This document shows positions 47,901 to 60,900 of a stretch of 64,000 nucleotides of DNA, piece by piece. The notes below the pieces were generated by a model. The model was not told the origin of the DNA. It ran no database searches and saw only the letters and a program-made list of their open reading frames with translations. The DNA is from an uncultured virus (IMG/VR IMGVR_UViG_3300042673_000188) (taxonomy: Duplodnaviria; Heunggongvirae; Uroviricota; Caudoviricetes). The first letter of the stretch is position 1; every line of letters begins with the position of its first letter. The stretch lies in IMG/VR virus record IMGVR_UViG_3300042673_000188; one strand, given 5' to 3'. A program made the translations under genes and the position numbers.

Positions 47901-48346
47901 TCTATGATAAGAATAAGCAGATTAAGTTAAATAACCTACTTAGAAATACAGTAGCAGGAGTTACCAATATGATGAAAACTCAAAATCTTAATTCTGTATA
48001 TGGTGATCAATTTTGGATACATCCTGAGGCTGGTGGATATATGTCTCAGATTAATGGTAAATCCCCAACAGGAGAAGCTACAAGTTCAATGCCTACTATT
48101 TTAGATCAATATGCAGCAGCAAGAAAGAATCCTAAGTATTCAAGTTTATCTAATGAGGAGTTGACTGGTTTATTATCAGCGTACTACAAAGGTACAGGGT
48201 CTAATACACCTAAAACAAAAGAGGCTCTAAATACAGCAATGCTTGCTCAGATGATGCAGGTGTATCCTGGAGCTTCCGCTGCTAATGTATATACAAGCCC
48301 TACTGTAAAGCCAAATAACTATAATCCATACGAGGAGGAATCCTAA
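44912..48346 (+). CDS. internal virion (cargo) protein
   Basis: 'ANIEAEGGET...GPRHNAGGVPL...FIFSD' N-terminal module typical of crAss cargo proteins, plus an M/Q/P low-complexity region. Confidence 0.7.
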   Translation: MIRKVKIKKLPQAKKGGNSYLDYYQAAPSFITSDLADPSLEFRDSIKKVKREDANIEAEGGETAAVIDKATGFLTQYKINGPRHNAGGVPLNVPPETFIFSDFHGKDFKLGGNKKTKDMDAGILAYFGLPDRKGGYTFADIAKKYDINKDIANLMDPTETKDKMTMDTLIANIKNKTKKLGMLAIAQESKKNDEIPKIAEPAIAALSLDRQAMEIPAMSIKDLPFYQDMINSMAQVDQEQAAQFDQNMTANPDQQNMPDAESAQMAEQMAQQVNDPNAMPQAMLGYQVFSRGGGLNRFIRRQEGGPGMMPPEAMMQQMPQGMPQEMPQGMPPEGMPPQGPPQPQGGGGGQMEQMMAQVAQALQQGAQPEEVVAALLEQGVPPQAVAQIFVQIGMPQDQVMQLISQVVEQMQQGSPEGMDPSAQQMPDEMGAEMAMSQQMPEGMPEQMPEEMPADMEMMAQYGMQVFAKGGAADKLGRFIPYAKKGRNKFDPDNIVKQTYSRRKGLYIYEDADGNIYETTEPNLGFINDSGSDNNNGGGGGGYDVNNPNVVRRTKTKTPDKVITKYNIPEGAIIIERKEDEDDATFNARKEKEYREATDKSKVFVKGADGKYFNFKETAGKYPAYKGSDKAKVFNGSDKFAGMYQMLEDTFQDPAIKKAFADKIRAAADKDANYKGTYGISNKNAIKNMTDDELVKIHLRHQKRNLALWAHGFDVKGSNNATDADGKDITNKTLYNKAKEIGVPYEEGADKRLANAAEQMAYIGYKDLMFDKANLAPELQTKLKPFDIGQRGYGDEYIAGSAAAGMISPADSYNTNTTSGQYDLINMDPSLEMTEFGPDEEIIPGEAGDIEVDNDITPYRQPGPKPWLQDQLNIAASALQPVNRYMPIRQRLPQNAYMTPQFESPIYRDQVASGMVRGMTEGVNAFAKSPGAAASISSGLMGQLMDQAAQNASEVDARNIGYSNAAEAANFQGAQQRDQLQAAADADYYTNVVGSKAIYDKNKQIKLNNLLRNTVAGVTNMMKTQNLNSVYGDQFWIHPEAGGYMSQINGKSPTGEATSSMPTILDQYAAARKNPKYSSLSNEELTGLLSAYYKGTGSNTPKTKEALNTAMLAQMMQVYPGASAANVYTSPTVKPNNYNPYEEES

Positions 48347-48402
48347 TAAATTTATGAGGTTTAGTAAATCTAAATCTTTTGTAATACTTTTATAACATAA
48401 TT

Positions 48403-51400
48403 ATGACAGCTTTTCTCCAAGGTATATCACAGTTTCTTCCAGAGATACAACCGTATCAACCTGACCTTAATTTCTTTGGTAATATGCTGCAAACTAAGCA
48501 GTATCAGTATGACCAAGGTTACAATCAGGTAAACAATCTCTATGCATCATTATTAAATGCTCCGGTCCTAAGACAGGAGAGCTCACAGCGTAGAGATGAG
48601 TTCTTTAAAAAGATCCAGAGTGGTATTCAAAAAGTATCTACCCTTGACTTATCATTAGAGCAAAATGTTAACGCAGCTGCTAAAATATTTCAGCCATTAA
48701 TTGATGATGAAGATATTAATTATGATATGATGCGTACTGGTCAATACCAGCAAGAGTTAGCTAAAGCTGAAAGACTTAAAAACTGTATTGATCCTAAGGA
48801 TTGTGGTGGGGAAGAATATTGGGAAGGTGGTGTAAGAGCTTTAAATTATTGGGCTCAAGATTTCTCTAAAGCATCAGCTGATCAAGCTCGTCAATATGGT
48901 AAACCTACTTATACTTCTTATGTTAATGTTGCTAAAAATGCAATGAATGATCTTAAGAAGATGGGTTTTGAAGATGTTGAGAAAGTAAGTTTTTCTTCAG
49001 ATGGTAAATGGATAGTAAAAACTAAAGGTGGTGCCCCCATTGTATCACCCCTATATAATTATTTATTGCAAAGTTATGGTTCTGATCCAAAAGTCCAAGA
49101 ACTTATGCGTACCCAAGCATACCTAAAAAGAAAGGATTATGTTGCTCAAAATTCTGGTAGTGGTGATCCCCAACAGGCTGAACTTGCGTACTTAAATGAT
49201 ATGACAACTCAGCTTAATGACTTTGCAAGACAACAAAAACTTCAAGCTGAATCTAATAGAGATCAACTTACAGCATCTAATACCGTTGTTAAAGATGCTA
49301 TAGATAAAGGTATATTTATTAATCCTGAAGATGAATTAAATAAAGCACTTGGTTTAAATGACGAGCAGATTGCAGTAGAAAATAATGCAGCTAAGTATCA
49401 TAATGAAACATTAAGCATTACAGATCCTGAAGTACTTGATGTAAATAACATTAGTGCTTTAAGAAATAAGATTGATGCCGCTGTATCAAGAGACATACTA
49501 TCTAAAACATTATATGATACATCTGTAGCATTTGCGAGTGCTTATGAGAGTGTAGATCTTGAGGTAAACCCGTATGCAAAATCCGCATATGATGCTGCTT
49601 TAGATAGATCTAAAATGATGTTGCAATCTCAATTAGATGCTGCAAAAATGCAACTTGACTTTGGGATGGACATTGCCAAAGAAAATCTTAGAGCTCAGAA
49701 TGATATGAAGTTGGCAATAGCCAAAGGTGAAGTTAAAGGAAATAATGGTGTTAATGGTGCAGATCCTAATGATCCAACAGGTCCGATGACTCCAGAAGGA
49801 GGAACTGATGGAAATTTATTTGATATAACTGCCGGCGGTGAATCTGACTGGAGATATGGTACACAATTATTGGCGGAAGATGCTATTAAAGATGCGGGAA
49901 ATCCTAAAGAACAATTAAGACTTGTGTATACAAGTTCCTTAGCCTTACTGGTTAATATTGCTAAAGGTGATAATCCTAGTCAAGCTTTAATAGCAAAATC
50001 AGTTATTGCTGATCTATTGGGTGTTACAAATGATGATAAAGGAGACTGGAGAACTAGATTAATTAATTTACCAGGATCTCAAATAGAGGATTACTACAGA
50101 TATAAGTTACCAAGTTGGCAAAAAGATAAACAACCAAAGGGTATGAAAGGTATCGATCAAGTAATGGCAGCATTTGATAACCCAGCTGCAGCTGCACTTC
50201 TTAAAGCTAATAAATTAGGAAGAGGTGATGAGGGTGATATATTTGCTAAAATATCAGCACTCAAAATTCCAATTGTCAACCAAGACCAAATGGAGAAGGA
50301 TTTAGCTGCTAATAATGAAAAAGTATCTAAACTAGCATATACTATAACTGCTGCTGAAAAAGGAGGTGCTAATAATAGTAGATTAACTGATGAGTATGGC
50401 AGTGAGCTAATACAAAATTGGCTACAAAATCCAGTTTATTTAAAGTTATCTCCAGAAAAGAAACAAGAATCCATAAATAAATGGTGGGACCGGTACAAAG
50501 AAAAGCAAAGAGAAGAACAGTATAGACCTGAAAATGCTAATAAAAATATCACAGATGCTAATGATCACATTGTGCGTAAATATATGCGTTTTGATAAGGA
50601 TAAAAATTCATATGTAGTTGATTATGAAACAACAAGATATACGCAACAGGGCATTTTGCTTGAGTCACAAGCTGTAGTTAATGAAGAATACAGAAAATTA
50701 AGAGGTGGTTATACAGATCTTAATTTAGATACGTGGAGTGCTTCTACAAATGCTGGTGATCTTTGGGATAAGGCTGTTGAAAAAGGTAAAAATTATTATG
50801 CTCAAAGAATGAAATCTATTGAGTTTGATGATAAGGTACAGGAATATACTTTAAACTATGTGCGTTCCGGTTATGGTAATAAGGGTTCTCTTTTAGGTTG
50901 GGCTCAACCAGAAAGAATTGTAAACTCAGATGGTACTAATATATCAAAAGAAAATGCACAAGACTGGATAGATAGGGATGACAAGTATGCTGAATTTTTT
51001 GAGCTTTATACTCAAAACTATAAACGATCCTATAATGCCTCTACTGATTTAAAACAAATTTTTCCAGGAATGGATACTCAAAAAGCAGGAGGAGGTATTG
51101 TATCAATTCCTTATTACTCACATTCTGATGCTGCAAATTATGCAGGTCCTGGAATGGCTCACGTTAGAGATGCTTATAGAAATTATCAAGAAGCTGTTGC
51201 AGTCGATCCTAAGGGTGTTAAAATTTTACCAGGTAAGTTATCATCATATGAAACTATATCTGACATGCTATCAAAAGATAATAGCACTATAGGGGCAGAT
51301 GCTCTTAAACACTTTATTGAAGATATAAATGACTTTGACTCTAAATGGACTTCAAAAGATTTACAAAGACCGAGAGGAGGAATGACTACACGTCTTGTTA

Positions 51401-51921
51401 CTTTAGGTAGTAAGGATTATGTGTCATTTGAGTTTTCATTAAACGGTGGTTACATTGCATCAAGAACTCAGTCGGGAGAAGCTGGTAAAAATTTAACAGA
51501 AGAAGAACAAGCTGCAATTGCCGCGACATCTAAAAAAGATGATGAAATATATACTGTTATTATGCCAGCATCTCAAGCTAATACTCAATTAATTAAAGAA
51601 TTGAGAAAAGGAGATCAACTAGGTAATTATGTTAGAGGTGGTAATACTTATGAAGTTGATTACAATAACCCTATGCAAGGCACATATGCAGGAAAAATAA
51701 CTTTTAGTCCTGTACCAAACAGTACTAATGTTTTAGTTTCAGGTGCTTATAATGCATATGATCCTTCACAAGGAAAAATTGTACCCCATACAAATGTATA
51801 TCGTGAGATAGGTGTTGGTGAGAATTTAACTCTTATAAGAGATACTACAGAAAAAACATTGTCTCAGTTAAATAGAGTGATTATCAATGACTACCGTTCT
51901 AATCCACCAAGAAAAAAATAA
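48403..51921 (+). CDS. large internal virion (cargo/ejection) protein
   Basis: 1172-aa helical protein with 'QPYQPDLNFF..MLQTKQYQYD', in the position preceding the giant virion proteins. Confidence 0.65.
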   Translation: MTAFLQGISQFLPEIQPYQPDLNFFGNMLQTKQYQYDQGYNQVNNLYASLLNAPVLRQESSQRRDEFFKKIQSGIQKVSTLDLSLEQNVNAAAKIFQPLIDDEDINYDMMRTGQYQQELAKAERLKNCIDPKDCGGEEYWEGGVRALNYWAQDFSKASADQARQYGKPTYTSYVNVAKNAMNDLKKMGFEDVEKVSFSSDGKWIVKTKGGAPIVSPLYNYLLQSYGSDPKVQELMRTQAYLKRKDYVAQNSGSGDPQQAELAYLNDMTTQLNDFARQQKLQAESNRDQLTASNTVVKDAIDKGIFINPEDELNKALGLNDEQIAVENNAAKYHNETLSITDPEVLDVNNISALRNKIDAAVSRDILSKTLYDTSVAFASAYESVDLEVNPYAKSAYDAALDRSKMMLQSQLDAAKMQLDFGMDIAKENLRAQNDMKLAIAKGEVKGNNGVNGADPNDPTGPMTPEGGTDGNLFDITAGGESDWRYGTQLLAEDAIKDAGNPKEQLRLVYTSSLALLVNIAKGDNPSQALIAKSVIADLLGVTNDDKGDWRTRLINLPGSQIEDYYRYKLPSWQKDKQPKGMKGIDQVMAAFDNPAAAALLKANKLGRGDEGDIFAKISALKIPIVNQDQMEKDLAANNEKVSKLAYTITAAEKGGANNSRLTDEYGSELIQNWLQNPVYLKLSPEKKQESINKWWDRYKEKQREEQYRPENANKNITDANDHIVRKYMRFDKDKNSYVVDYETTRYTQQGILLESQAVVNEEYRKLRGGYTDLNLDTWSASTNAGDLWDKAVEKGKNYYAQRMKSIEFDDKVQEYTLNYVRSGYGNKGSLLGWAQPERIVNSDGTNISKENAQDWIDRDDKYAEFFELYTQNYKRSYNASTDLKQIFPGMDTQKAGGGIVSIPYYSHSDAANYAGPGMAHVRDAYRNYQEAVAVDPKGVKILPGKLSSYETISDMLSKDNSTIGADALKHFIEDINDFDSKWTSKDLQRPRGGMTTRLVTLGSKDYVSFEFSLNGGYIASRTQSGEAGKNLTEEEQAAIAATSKKDDEIYTVIMPASQANTQLIKELRKGDQLGNYVRGGNTYEVDYNNPMQGTYAGKITFSPVPNSTNVLVSGAYNAYDPSQGKIVPHTNVYREIGVGENLTLIRDTTEKTLSQLNRVIINDYRSNPPRKK

Positions 51922-54900
51922 TGGCAGAAAACTTACAATCTGAGGCATTTAATCAAGAGGCTTTTGATATGAATGCAAATATTCCTGTATCTGAATCTGC
52001 TAATATGCTTAACAATTTAGCTTTAGAAGATACACCCAATATGATGGATATTGCTGAATCTAGTAATGTTCCTCCTTTAGTTACAGTAATTGATTCTGAG
52101 GTAAAAGCTGCATCTGATAAATTTAAAGAGAACTCTCCTGTTTTGGCTGCTGGTTTTGATGGAGGACCGCAACCTAAACCTACGTCATCTATGGCATTTG
52201 CTGAAGGAGCAGGTGCTCAAATGATTGCATCAGAACAATGGTCTAGTCCTACAAACTATCACATGGCAGGAGATAGAATATATGGAGCTAATGTTGATGG
52301 AAGAAGATTTGCAAAATGGTATAATCATAATGAGTTTGATGATGTGGGTTTTCACCCATATAGAAATAATAATGACTATTATTTACAATACACTACAGGA
52401 TGGGATGATTTTCAGACAGCTGCTAATATGGAATTATTTGGTCGGGGTATGGCTGACCAAGCATCGAGCTGGGTAGAATGGAATAAAGATACAGATCCTT
52501 ATGCTGCACAACTTTTTGCAGATCAATTAGATCTAATGCACTCTGATCGTGAAGGTTTTTGGGGAAGCGCTGCAAATATATTTGGTTCATTGCAATATTC
52601 ATTAGGAGCTATTACTGAATTTGCTGCAGAAGAAGTTGCATTAGCAGCTCTTACTACAGCATCAAGAGGATCACTTTCAGAATTTACACTACCCCGAATG
52701 GGTAGAAATTTAATGCAGCTTAGTAGAACTTTATCTACAGGTTCTGAATTAATGCGTACAATAAAAACTGTAAATAGAGCAAAAGACTTTTATCAAGCTG
52801 CTAGATTTGCAGCTGTAGGTACTGCTAAAACACTTAATGCTTTTGCTAATCCTTTTTTTAGAAGTACTAGACTAGGACTTGACGCAATTAAAGGAGTAAG
52901 AGCAGGAAAAACAATGACTGCAATTGCACAAGGTCGTACTATATTTGGGGAGTTTTTCAGAGATGCCTCTGAAATAAACATGGCAATGTCAGAGTCTCGT
53001 CTTGAAGGAGGTATGGTGCAAAATGATATTATTAATGAAGTAACTAAACAAAAAGGAAATCTTACTGATCAAGAGATTAATAGATTAAATGAACTTGCTA
53101 CAACTGCAGGAGCCGCCACAACAAAAGCAAATGCACCTATAATTTTTTACACTAATAAGATTACTCTAAACAATATGTTTAGAGGTATTGGTAGAGCATC
53201 TGATAGGTTGCTTAATGTTGGTGCAGCTGTGGGTGGTAAGGCCGTGAGAGATGGTGGTAAAACAGTGATCCTTGAAACAGGATTTAAAGCTGGATTAAGC
53301 AGGCTTAATCCTTTTGCTAAGAACTCAAGATTATACTATAAGCACATACTACAAACATCACCTAGCCGTGTAAAGAATATGTTTATTGCGGGTGCCCCTG
53401 AAGGTCTTCAAGAAAACTATCAGGAGATGATTTCTACGGGATATAAAGATTACTATACAAAATTATATTTAACTCCTGAGTTAGCTCAGTCTGCTGGAAT
53501 GCGTGCATCCTTTCAAAAAGGATTAGATGAACAATTTACAGCACAAGGTTTAGAGACATTTATTAGTGGTTTTGCTATTGGTAGTGTTATGGGTAAATAT
53601 GGACAAGCCTTAAACTTTGCCACACAGACAGCGCCTGCAATAGTTGCTGATAAATTAGGCATAGATAAAACATATAGTAATGTAAAAAAACAAAGAGCTG
53701 AATTCAAGAAAGATTTTATGGAGGTTGTAGCTGTAATGGATACAAACCCACAGGCTTTCTTTAATATGATAGACAGTGACCTAGCGCATCAGGTAAGCTT
53801 CTCCGATTTTATGATGATGGGTCGTAATGCGGGATCTGCCCATTCTCAATTAGAGGCACAAGATCTTGCGCTATTTAAAAAATTACATACTTTATTTAAG
53901 TCCGGTCAAACTGATTTATTAAAAGATACATTAAGTGAGTTCTTAAACTTAGAGGACAAAGATCTTCAGGCTGCTTTCCCTGGTGTAAAACTAGAAGCAG
54001 AAGGTGATAATAAAAGTTTAAGAGATAGACTTACAAATTCTATTGAAAAAGTAGATATGATGAAACAAAGTTTTGAGGAAGCTCAAAGCTTAAAAAATCA
54101 TTATAATCCTTGGCAGTATGATCAAGTAAAGGACAAAGAGAAGTTTGAAGATGAGATGTACAAATACATTGCATTTGAGGATGTAAGATTTGACATGGCA
54201 TTAATGAAGACTAAACTTGTAACTGCTCAAGATTATATTTCTGAAATTACAGCAAGAGCTTCTAAGAGCAAACCCCTACAATCAATGTCGGGTATCGCAT
54301 TTACAAACATGATGACCCGTGGAGGAATTGCTACAGAGGTAGATTTACTAGCTAAAGAAAGACTTGTATATGCTGAGGCTGCTGCAACATCAGATGAGGC
54401 TGCTAAAAAGCTTGCGGAAATTGATACTGAGTTAGCACACTATAAAAATTACTTAGCAACATATGATATAGTTACAGATAAATTAAAATCGGCAGCTGTA
54501 GACTATGCTAAAAATAGAGATAAGATCCAAAGAGATCCTGTTACTGGTGATATTGTGGATCCTGTAACTGTTGATATAGAGAACGCTATTACCGATTTAC
54601 GCAATTCTTTTTATACTTTACTTAAGTTTAAGGCCGGAGTAAATAAAGATATGGTTCTTGATGAGAACATTGACAAGGCATTTAACAACTTAGTAGAAAT
54701 GATGCAACATGGATCAGATCTAGGTAATGCTGTTGATGCATTGAATAGACTACATGATCCAGAAGGTTTTAATATACACCACGGTAGAATTAAAGAGGCC
54801 CTTGAGTTTGTACATAAAAATAGCAAGCTACAAAGAGAAAAGATTTGGGATGCACTTCAGCACAAGAATGACTTAAATGCATTTCTTAATAACTTAATAA

Positions 54901-57900
54901 ATAAGAAGATATTCTTTGATCCTAGATTTGTTAAAGCATTTGAGGATGATGGTATTTTACCAGACGAGTTTGTAGATGCGGAGAATATGGAAACTATTGA
55001 CCATAACCACCCAAAGTACAAAGAGGTTCTTCAAGAGATAGATAACTTTGAAAGATCTACTGGTAAAACTTTAAGTGGTAAAACCATATCTGAATTTCAA
55101 GATGAGTTCTCTTTGAATAGACTAGACAAAGATGCTACAGATAAAAGAATATTAAAACAGATCTATGCACAGTTTAACCTGGACATTGATCAGTTTGATC
55201 AATCTGTTTCTTTGCAGGAGATATTAAAGGCTGTAAGTATAAGTGGCTTTGCTGGTAAGTATGATAAGTTCTTAGCTAAGAAGCTTATGAACCTTGTATC
55301 AGACAAGATCCAAATACGTTTTGTTAAAAATGCTACAGTACCTGTAAGGTTTAGTGATACTGGTGGTATTGTAGTTGATGCTCGTTTTGCATCATCAGAT
55401 TATATTGGTGGTACTCTAAGATTAGAGTCACTTATCTTAAACGGTGCATTACAATACTTAGTTAACCGTCAGATAGATGAGAATGAGCAATTTGAGTTAC
55501 AGATGACTCAGTTATTAAACTTAGCTAAATCTGAATACTATAAGACATCTAAAACATCTATCTTACCAATTGGTTTAGATGATGTGCGCACCTTTGTTGC
55601 AGAGGCATTGACTAATGGTACATTCCAAGCAATACTTCAAAACATAACCTATAATGGTCCTAAGTCTACACCTATATCTATGTGGTCTGAGTTTAAGAAA
55701 GCATTATTTGATTTCTTAAGCAAAATCTTTAGAATTAATCCTTCAAAGAATGACAGCTTATTGGATGAGGTAATTAACTTAACAGCTCATACATTTGATA
55801 AGCAAGGTACCTCTGGAAGTAATATGTCTGGACAAGGCGGCACAACCGGTGGCAACAGTCAACCAGGAGGTGTACCTATTACCCAGCAGACAGATATAAA
55901 AGAGATTATGGCTCTTACTGATCTTGTTACTAGTCTTCAGAATGTATATACTAATACATACTTACCTCAACAACAAGCTACAGGAGAAACACCAGATGAC
56001 TTTGAGACATTTGTAACTACTAATCCTTTTGCTGCATATGTTATTGATCAGTTTAATATTACAACTGGTCGCACTGGTGGAGGTCAAGCACAAACTCCTG
56101 GTCAATCACAAGGAGGATCTGGATCAGTAAGTATTACACCTGAGATTATTACAGATGACGCATACCGTGCATTTAAAAATAATGAGCCGGTATCAGATCA
56201 GATTCTACTAGATATCAAAGTTGCCGTAGAAGCAGGATCATTGACGCCACGTCAAGATGAGATCTATCAAGCATATAAAGAAGCAATTGATAAAGCTATA
56301 TCTCAGAAATCTGCTGTCGCTATAACCCAAGTTCAATTGATAAACTCAATGCTAAATGAGCTCGGTAATCTAACATTAGCTGACTTCTTTGGTAATCAAG
56401 AAAACATGCCTTTCTCTTCAGGTAAACCTGGTGACTTTACCGTTGTAACAATGGATGGTTTCAGCATTATCAGAAGAGAGGATATGGATACTTATCTTGA
56501 TAGTCCTATAGATTTTATATTCTATCTTAATGGTCAGGTCAAAGCTGATGGTACTATTATAGATCCAAAGCCTTATGCTGCTTCTGCTACACTTAGTATA
56601 CCTATTGATGAGAATACAAAGCCTAATGTAATACAGCTTATCAATAACCTAAGAGTAATCCAGAATAAGTTAGATGCTATTCAAGCTGAGGTTAAAGCAA
56701 AGCTTGAAGTACCTGTTGCGGAGTCAACAACAACTGATCCAGCTATACAAGCTCAAATTGATGATATAGAAAGAAGAAAAAAAATAAGCTATTCATTAGA
56801 GCCAGGAAGTCAATCTTCCTATGAAAGAAATAGATTTACTTTTACACATGTAAGACCTTTTGATTATAACGAGTTAGATAACATAAGACCGGTTGGCCAG
56901 AATGTATATATTGTAAATAACTATGGAGAACAAAAAACTTTTGACAGTTATGCTGAAGGTCAAAAATGGTTAGACACTAAATACAATGCAGAACTAGCTG
57001 CTTCAGGAGGTACAACAACAGAAGAGTTTGTACCTCTAGTTGTACCAATGGATACAGAAACTACTACAGATGTACAGGCTAATAGAGATACCGAGATGTT
57101 TCCAGAAACTTCCAATTTTGCGCAAGCTATTGGTGACTCTGAATCTGTATTAGAAAATGAAATAAAAAAAGCTCGTCTTGTAGAGAAAGATGAGCAAAAA
57201 GCTCAGGAGCTAGAAGCAGAATTAGAAAGAAGACGATCTAAAATATCTGCATATACAGAGGTAAATGGAATTGGAATGGCTGTGTATACCAATCCTATAA
57301 GTGGTGTTGTGGATGTTATCATGTCAGGAACAAGTGATAATGATTATGTAGGCTATGTCAGATTATATGTAAATGATAAGCCCACAAACAGATGGACATC
57401 TAAAATATCAAATGAGTCTGGTAACAAAGAAGCATTTAAAACTATGCTATCTGAAGTTCAGTCTAGACTTCCTGTAGATCATGAGTATACTGAATCAACT
57501 AATATATCATTAGAAGGTCTTAAGCTTTATGCTCAACAACTAAATAGAGAATATGAAATTCTTACAGATGCTAGTGGTAATCCTGTAATGAGCAGTATTA
57601 GTTTAAATGCTGCTTCAAAAGAAGGTCTTAGAAATGCCAAGAGTCAGCAAGAGAAAGAAGACTTATATAATCCAATAACTGTTGCAAATAGAGAAGAGTT
57701 TAATAAAATAAAAGAAGAGATATTAGCTCTTATGCCTAATGCTCGTGTTTCATATAATCAAGCTAACAACACAGTTAACATTCAACTTCCAGTACTTAAG
57801 AAAAAAGCCGGACCTGCAACTACAACTACTACTAAAGAAGTAATTACACCAGAAGGATTTACAAATAGAGTATTTGAAAGTAATCTGCAATTAGGTGAAG

Positions 57901-60900
57901 CATCTGCTGATGACCATATATCGGAAGAAGGTTATAATTATCGTACACTCTCACAAACAGAAATAGATGCAATTATAGAAAGTGGTGGTGTATTTTCAAG
58001 AGAGGGTAAACAAAGAGGTGGTAATAAAAATACTAAGTATTGGACTAAGGGAAATAATAAAAACTGGTACGGAGATAAAGACACTACTGAAACTATTAGA
58101 GTTAATCAAGCAAACTTTAAAGAAAATGAGGTTGTAAAAGCTAAAGATGTAGAAGTTTATAATAAACAAACAAAACAGTTTGAACCTTTATTAGGAAGAA
58201 CAACAACAACTACTACTAAAGCAGAACCAGAGAAGACAGAAGAAATAAAAGGCGGTGTTAAAGAATTATTTGATGCTGATCTTGAATTAGCATCTATCGG
58301 GACTCTGCAACAATACTCTCAATACCTTACTACTATATTTCCGGATAGCCAAGAAAAAAATATTGTTTATCATGGAGGAAATATCGGAATAGAAAATTTA
58401 GGAAGATTTTATAAACCCGGAGAAGAAGGTTATAAGAAAAATGACTTCAATACCAAAGAGGGGATTTATTTTGCTTATAATAAAACAGAGGCGGAAGGAT
58501 ATACTAAAAAGTTTATTTTCAAAGATAAAAATAAAAAAGTTTATAGTGCCCTTGTAAATGTTAGACCCTATGATAATGTTAAGCAGGTAGAAAAAAGAAA
58601 TAAAGACCAAAAAGAAATTGATTTAGTAAGCATTTCTAAGGAAGACGTACAGTGGTTATTAGATAATAACTATAATGCATTAACTAATAAAGGTAGAATT
58701 AGAGATCAGGATAGCCCATTTTTAGTTGTATTTGAGCCTGAACAAATTTACATACTGGGAACTAAACAAGACAAAGAGGGATTTAAAAAATTTGTTTCTG
58801 GGGGTGAGTCTATAAAGACAGAAGAGGAAGAAGTAGATGAGGAAATCAATAGCAACCCTGAGGATAGTGATGATGTTAAAGAAGGTGAATCAAGAATTGA
58901 TGATACTTCTAGAGAGGTAGAACAAGAGATGGATGAGGCTCAGCGTCGTGCTAATGAAGGTAAAACTCCTCCATTTTCAGAGCTTGCTAAAGAAACAATG
59001 CAAAGTATTAAAGATGCATTAGGTTCTGTCCGTGATGCTATGAAAAAGTCTTACTCTAGAATGCCACAAGCTTTAGAGAACAACTATGAGAAATTACGTA
59101 GAGCATATAAGAAAACTGGCGGTAAGCTTAAAGAGAAACTAGCTAAAGTATTAGATTCAATTCAGAAGTATCTAAGAAAACTTAAGCAAATTTTAATTAA
59201 AGCAAGTAAGACTGTTGGAGCCAGAAGAGTCAAGAGAGGTGTACAGCCTAATGCAGGAACTCCTGAGATGTCATCTACTAAACCGCAAGTGGTAGATAAT
59301 ACTCGTGAGATACTTGCAGACTTTGTAGTAGAACAATTAACCCAGTATGGTTTTGTAAAGTTCTTTGCTGAGCAAGGAATGACTATTGATGCAAATACTA
59401 TTCTTAACTTAGAAGCATTAGGTACCAAGCGTGGCGACAATGTTCTATTAGAGAATAGAAGTACTATGGAGAATACGCTACATAGAATTCTTCACATGTA
59501 TATGGATAGGACTGGGCCTAAATCTGACAAAGATTACAATGCTCAGGCACAGTCTCTTATAAATATACTACGCCCTGTTCTGCAAGAAATAAGTAAGGCA
59601 GGAGGTGACCCTAATGTAGGCGTATATATTGAGAAAATTAATTACATGTTTGATAAGAATCCTGCACAGGAACTTGTTATTCAGTATTTGACTAATACAC
59701 CATTCAGATCTTTTATATCTAGGTTGTCTCCTGAGATTCAAGCTCAGTTCCAAAGCCTAGCTAAGGAAATGGTTCTTTTCAAAGACTCTGCAGGACGTGT
59801 AACTTATAACAAGACTAAGTCATTTATCAAAATACAAGATGGTTTGTTAATGTCTGATGCTCTTTATGAAGAGTTTATCAATAACACATTACAGACGCCG
59901 CTTGATGTTTTAGGTGATGCTATGGCTTCAGGTATGGACCCAGTTACTTTCTTACTAAATAGAATAGCCCAACCTATTGATGTATTTATTGCTGAGGAGG
60001 CTTCAGCTGAAGATCTACAAGAGATTGCTGATGAAGAGGGTAAATCTATAACTGATGTTGTAACTAGTATTAAAAATGCAGTTCTTAACTATTTGAATAC
60101 TGCAAACTTTGCTAGAAGTAAAACTGAAGCTGATAAAGCACCTAGAACAAAAAAGGATGGTATCATCAGCCGTATAATTAGAAAACTCAAGAAGATGACC
60201 ATTGGGTTAATGATTGCCCTTTCTACATATACAGGTGTGGCTGGATTTGACTTTAGCGGAAATACTGAAGCTGAGATAGGTGAAGAAATGGCTGAAAGAC
60301 CTGTATGGAGTATGGTCAATGTTATAGATAATACTATGTCAATACTACCTATATCTGATTCTTATAAGCAAACCATGTACAGAGGTTTAATTAAGTATGG
60401 TATCTATGATATTGCAGCTGTTAAAGAGGAGGCTGTTAACTATGAAATGTTATCTGATGCAAAAGCAATCATAGAATCAAATAATAAACTTGAGTATATC
60501 AGACAAAATACTTACTTCCAAAACTTAGGAAGGCTTGCTGATAGTCAAGGCGCTATAGGACCTGGAAAACAGTTACTAGATAGTATTATGATGTACCGTA
60601 ATCAGTGGTTTAATGATGTAGGATTTGAGTATATTACAGGAGCCAGTAACAGTACAAGAGATCGTGTAGGTCAAACTACATATGATAACACTGTTGGTGT
60701 AGCCCACTTCTACATTATGGATAATACAGGAGGTGACCTAAGTCGTTATACAACAGTTACTAAGTTTAATGAAGCAAAGAATAATTTCAAATCTCGTATA
60801 GGTACATATGATGTTAAACCAACAGATTATGTTCCGGTATTTAAATTTAGGCCTAGACAAGATGGAGAAGATGTTGTTAATATGCAATTTAAATTAGCTT

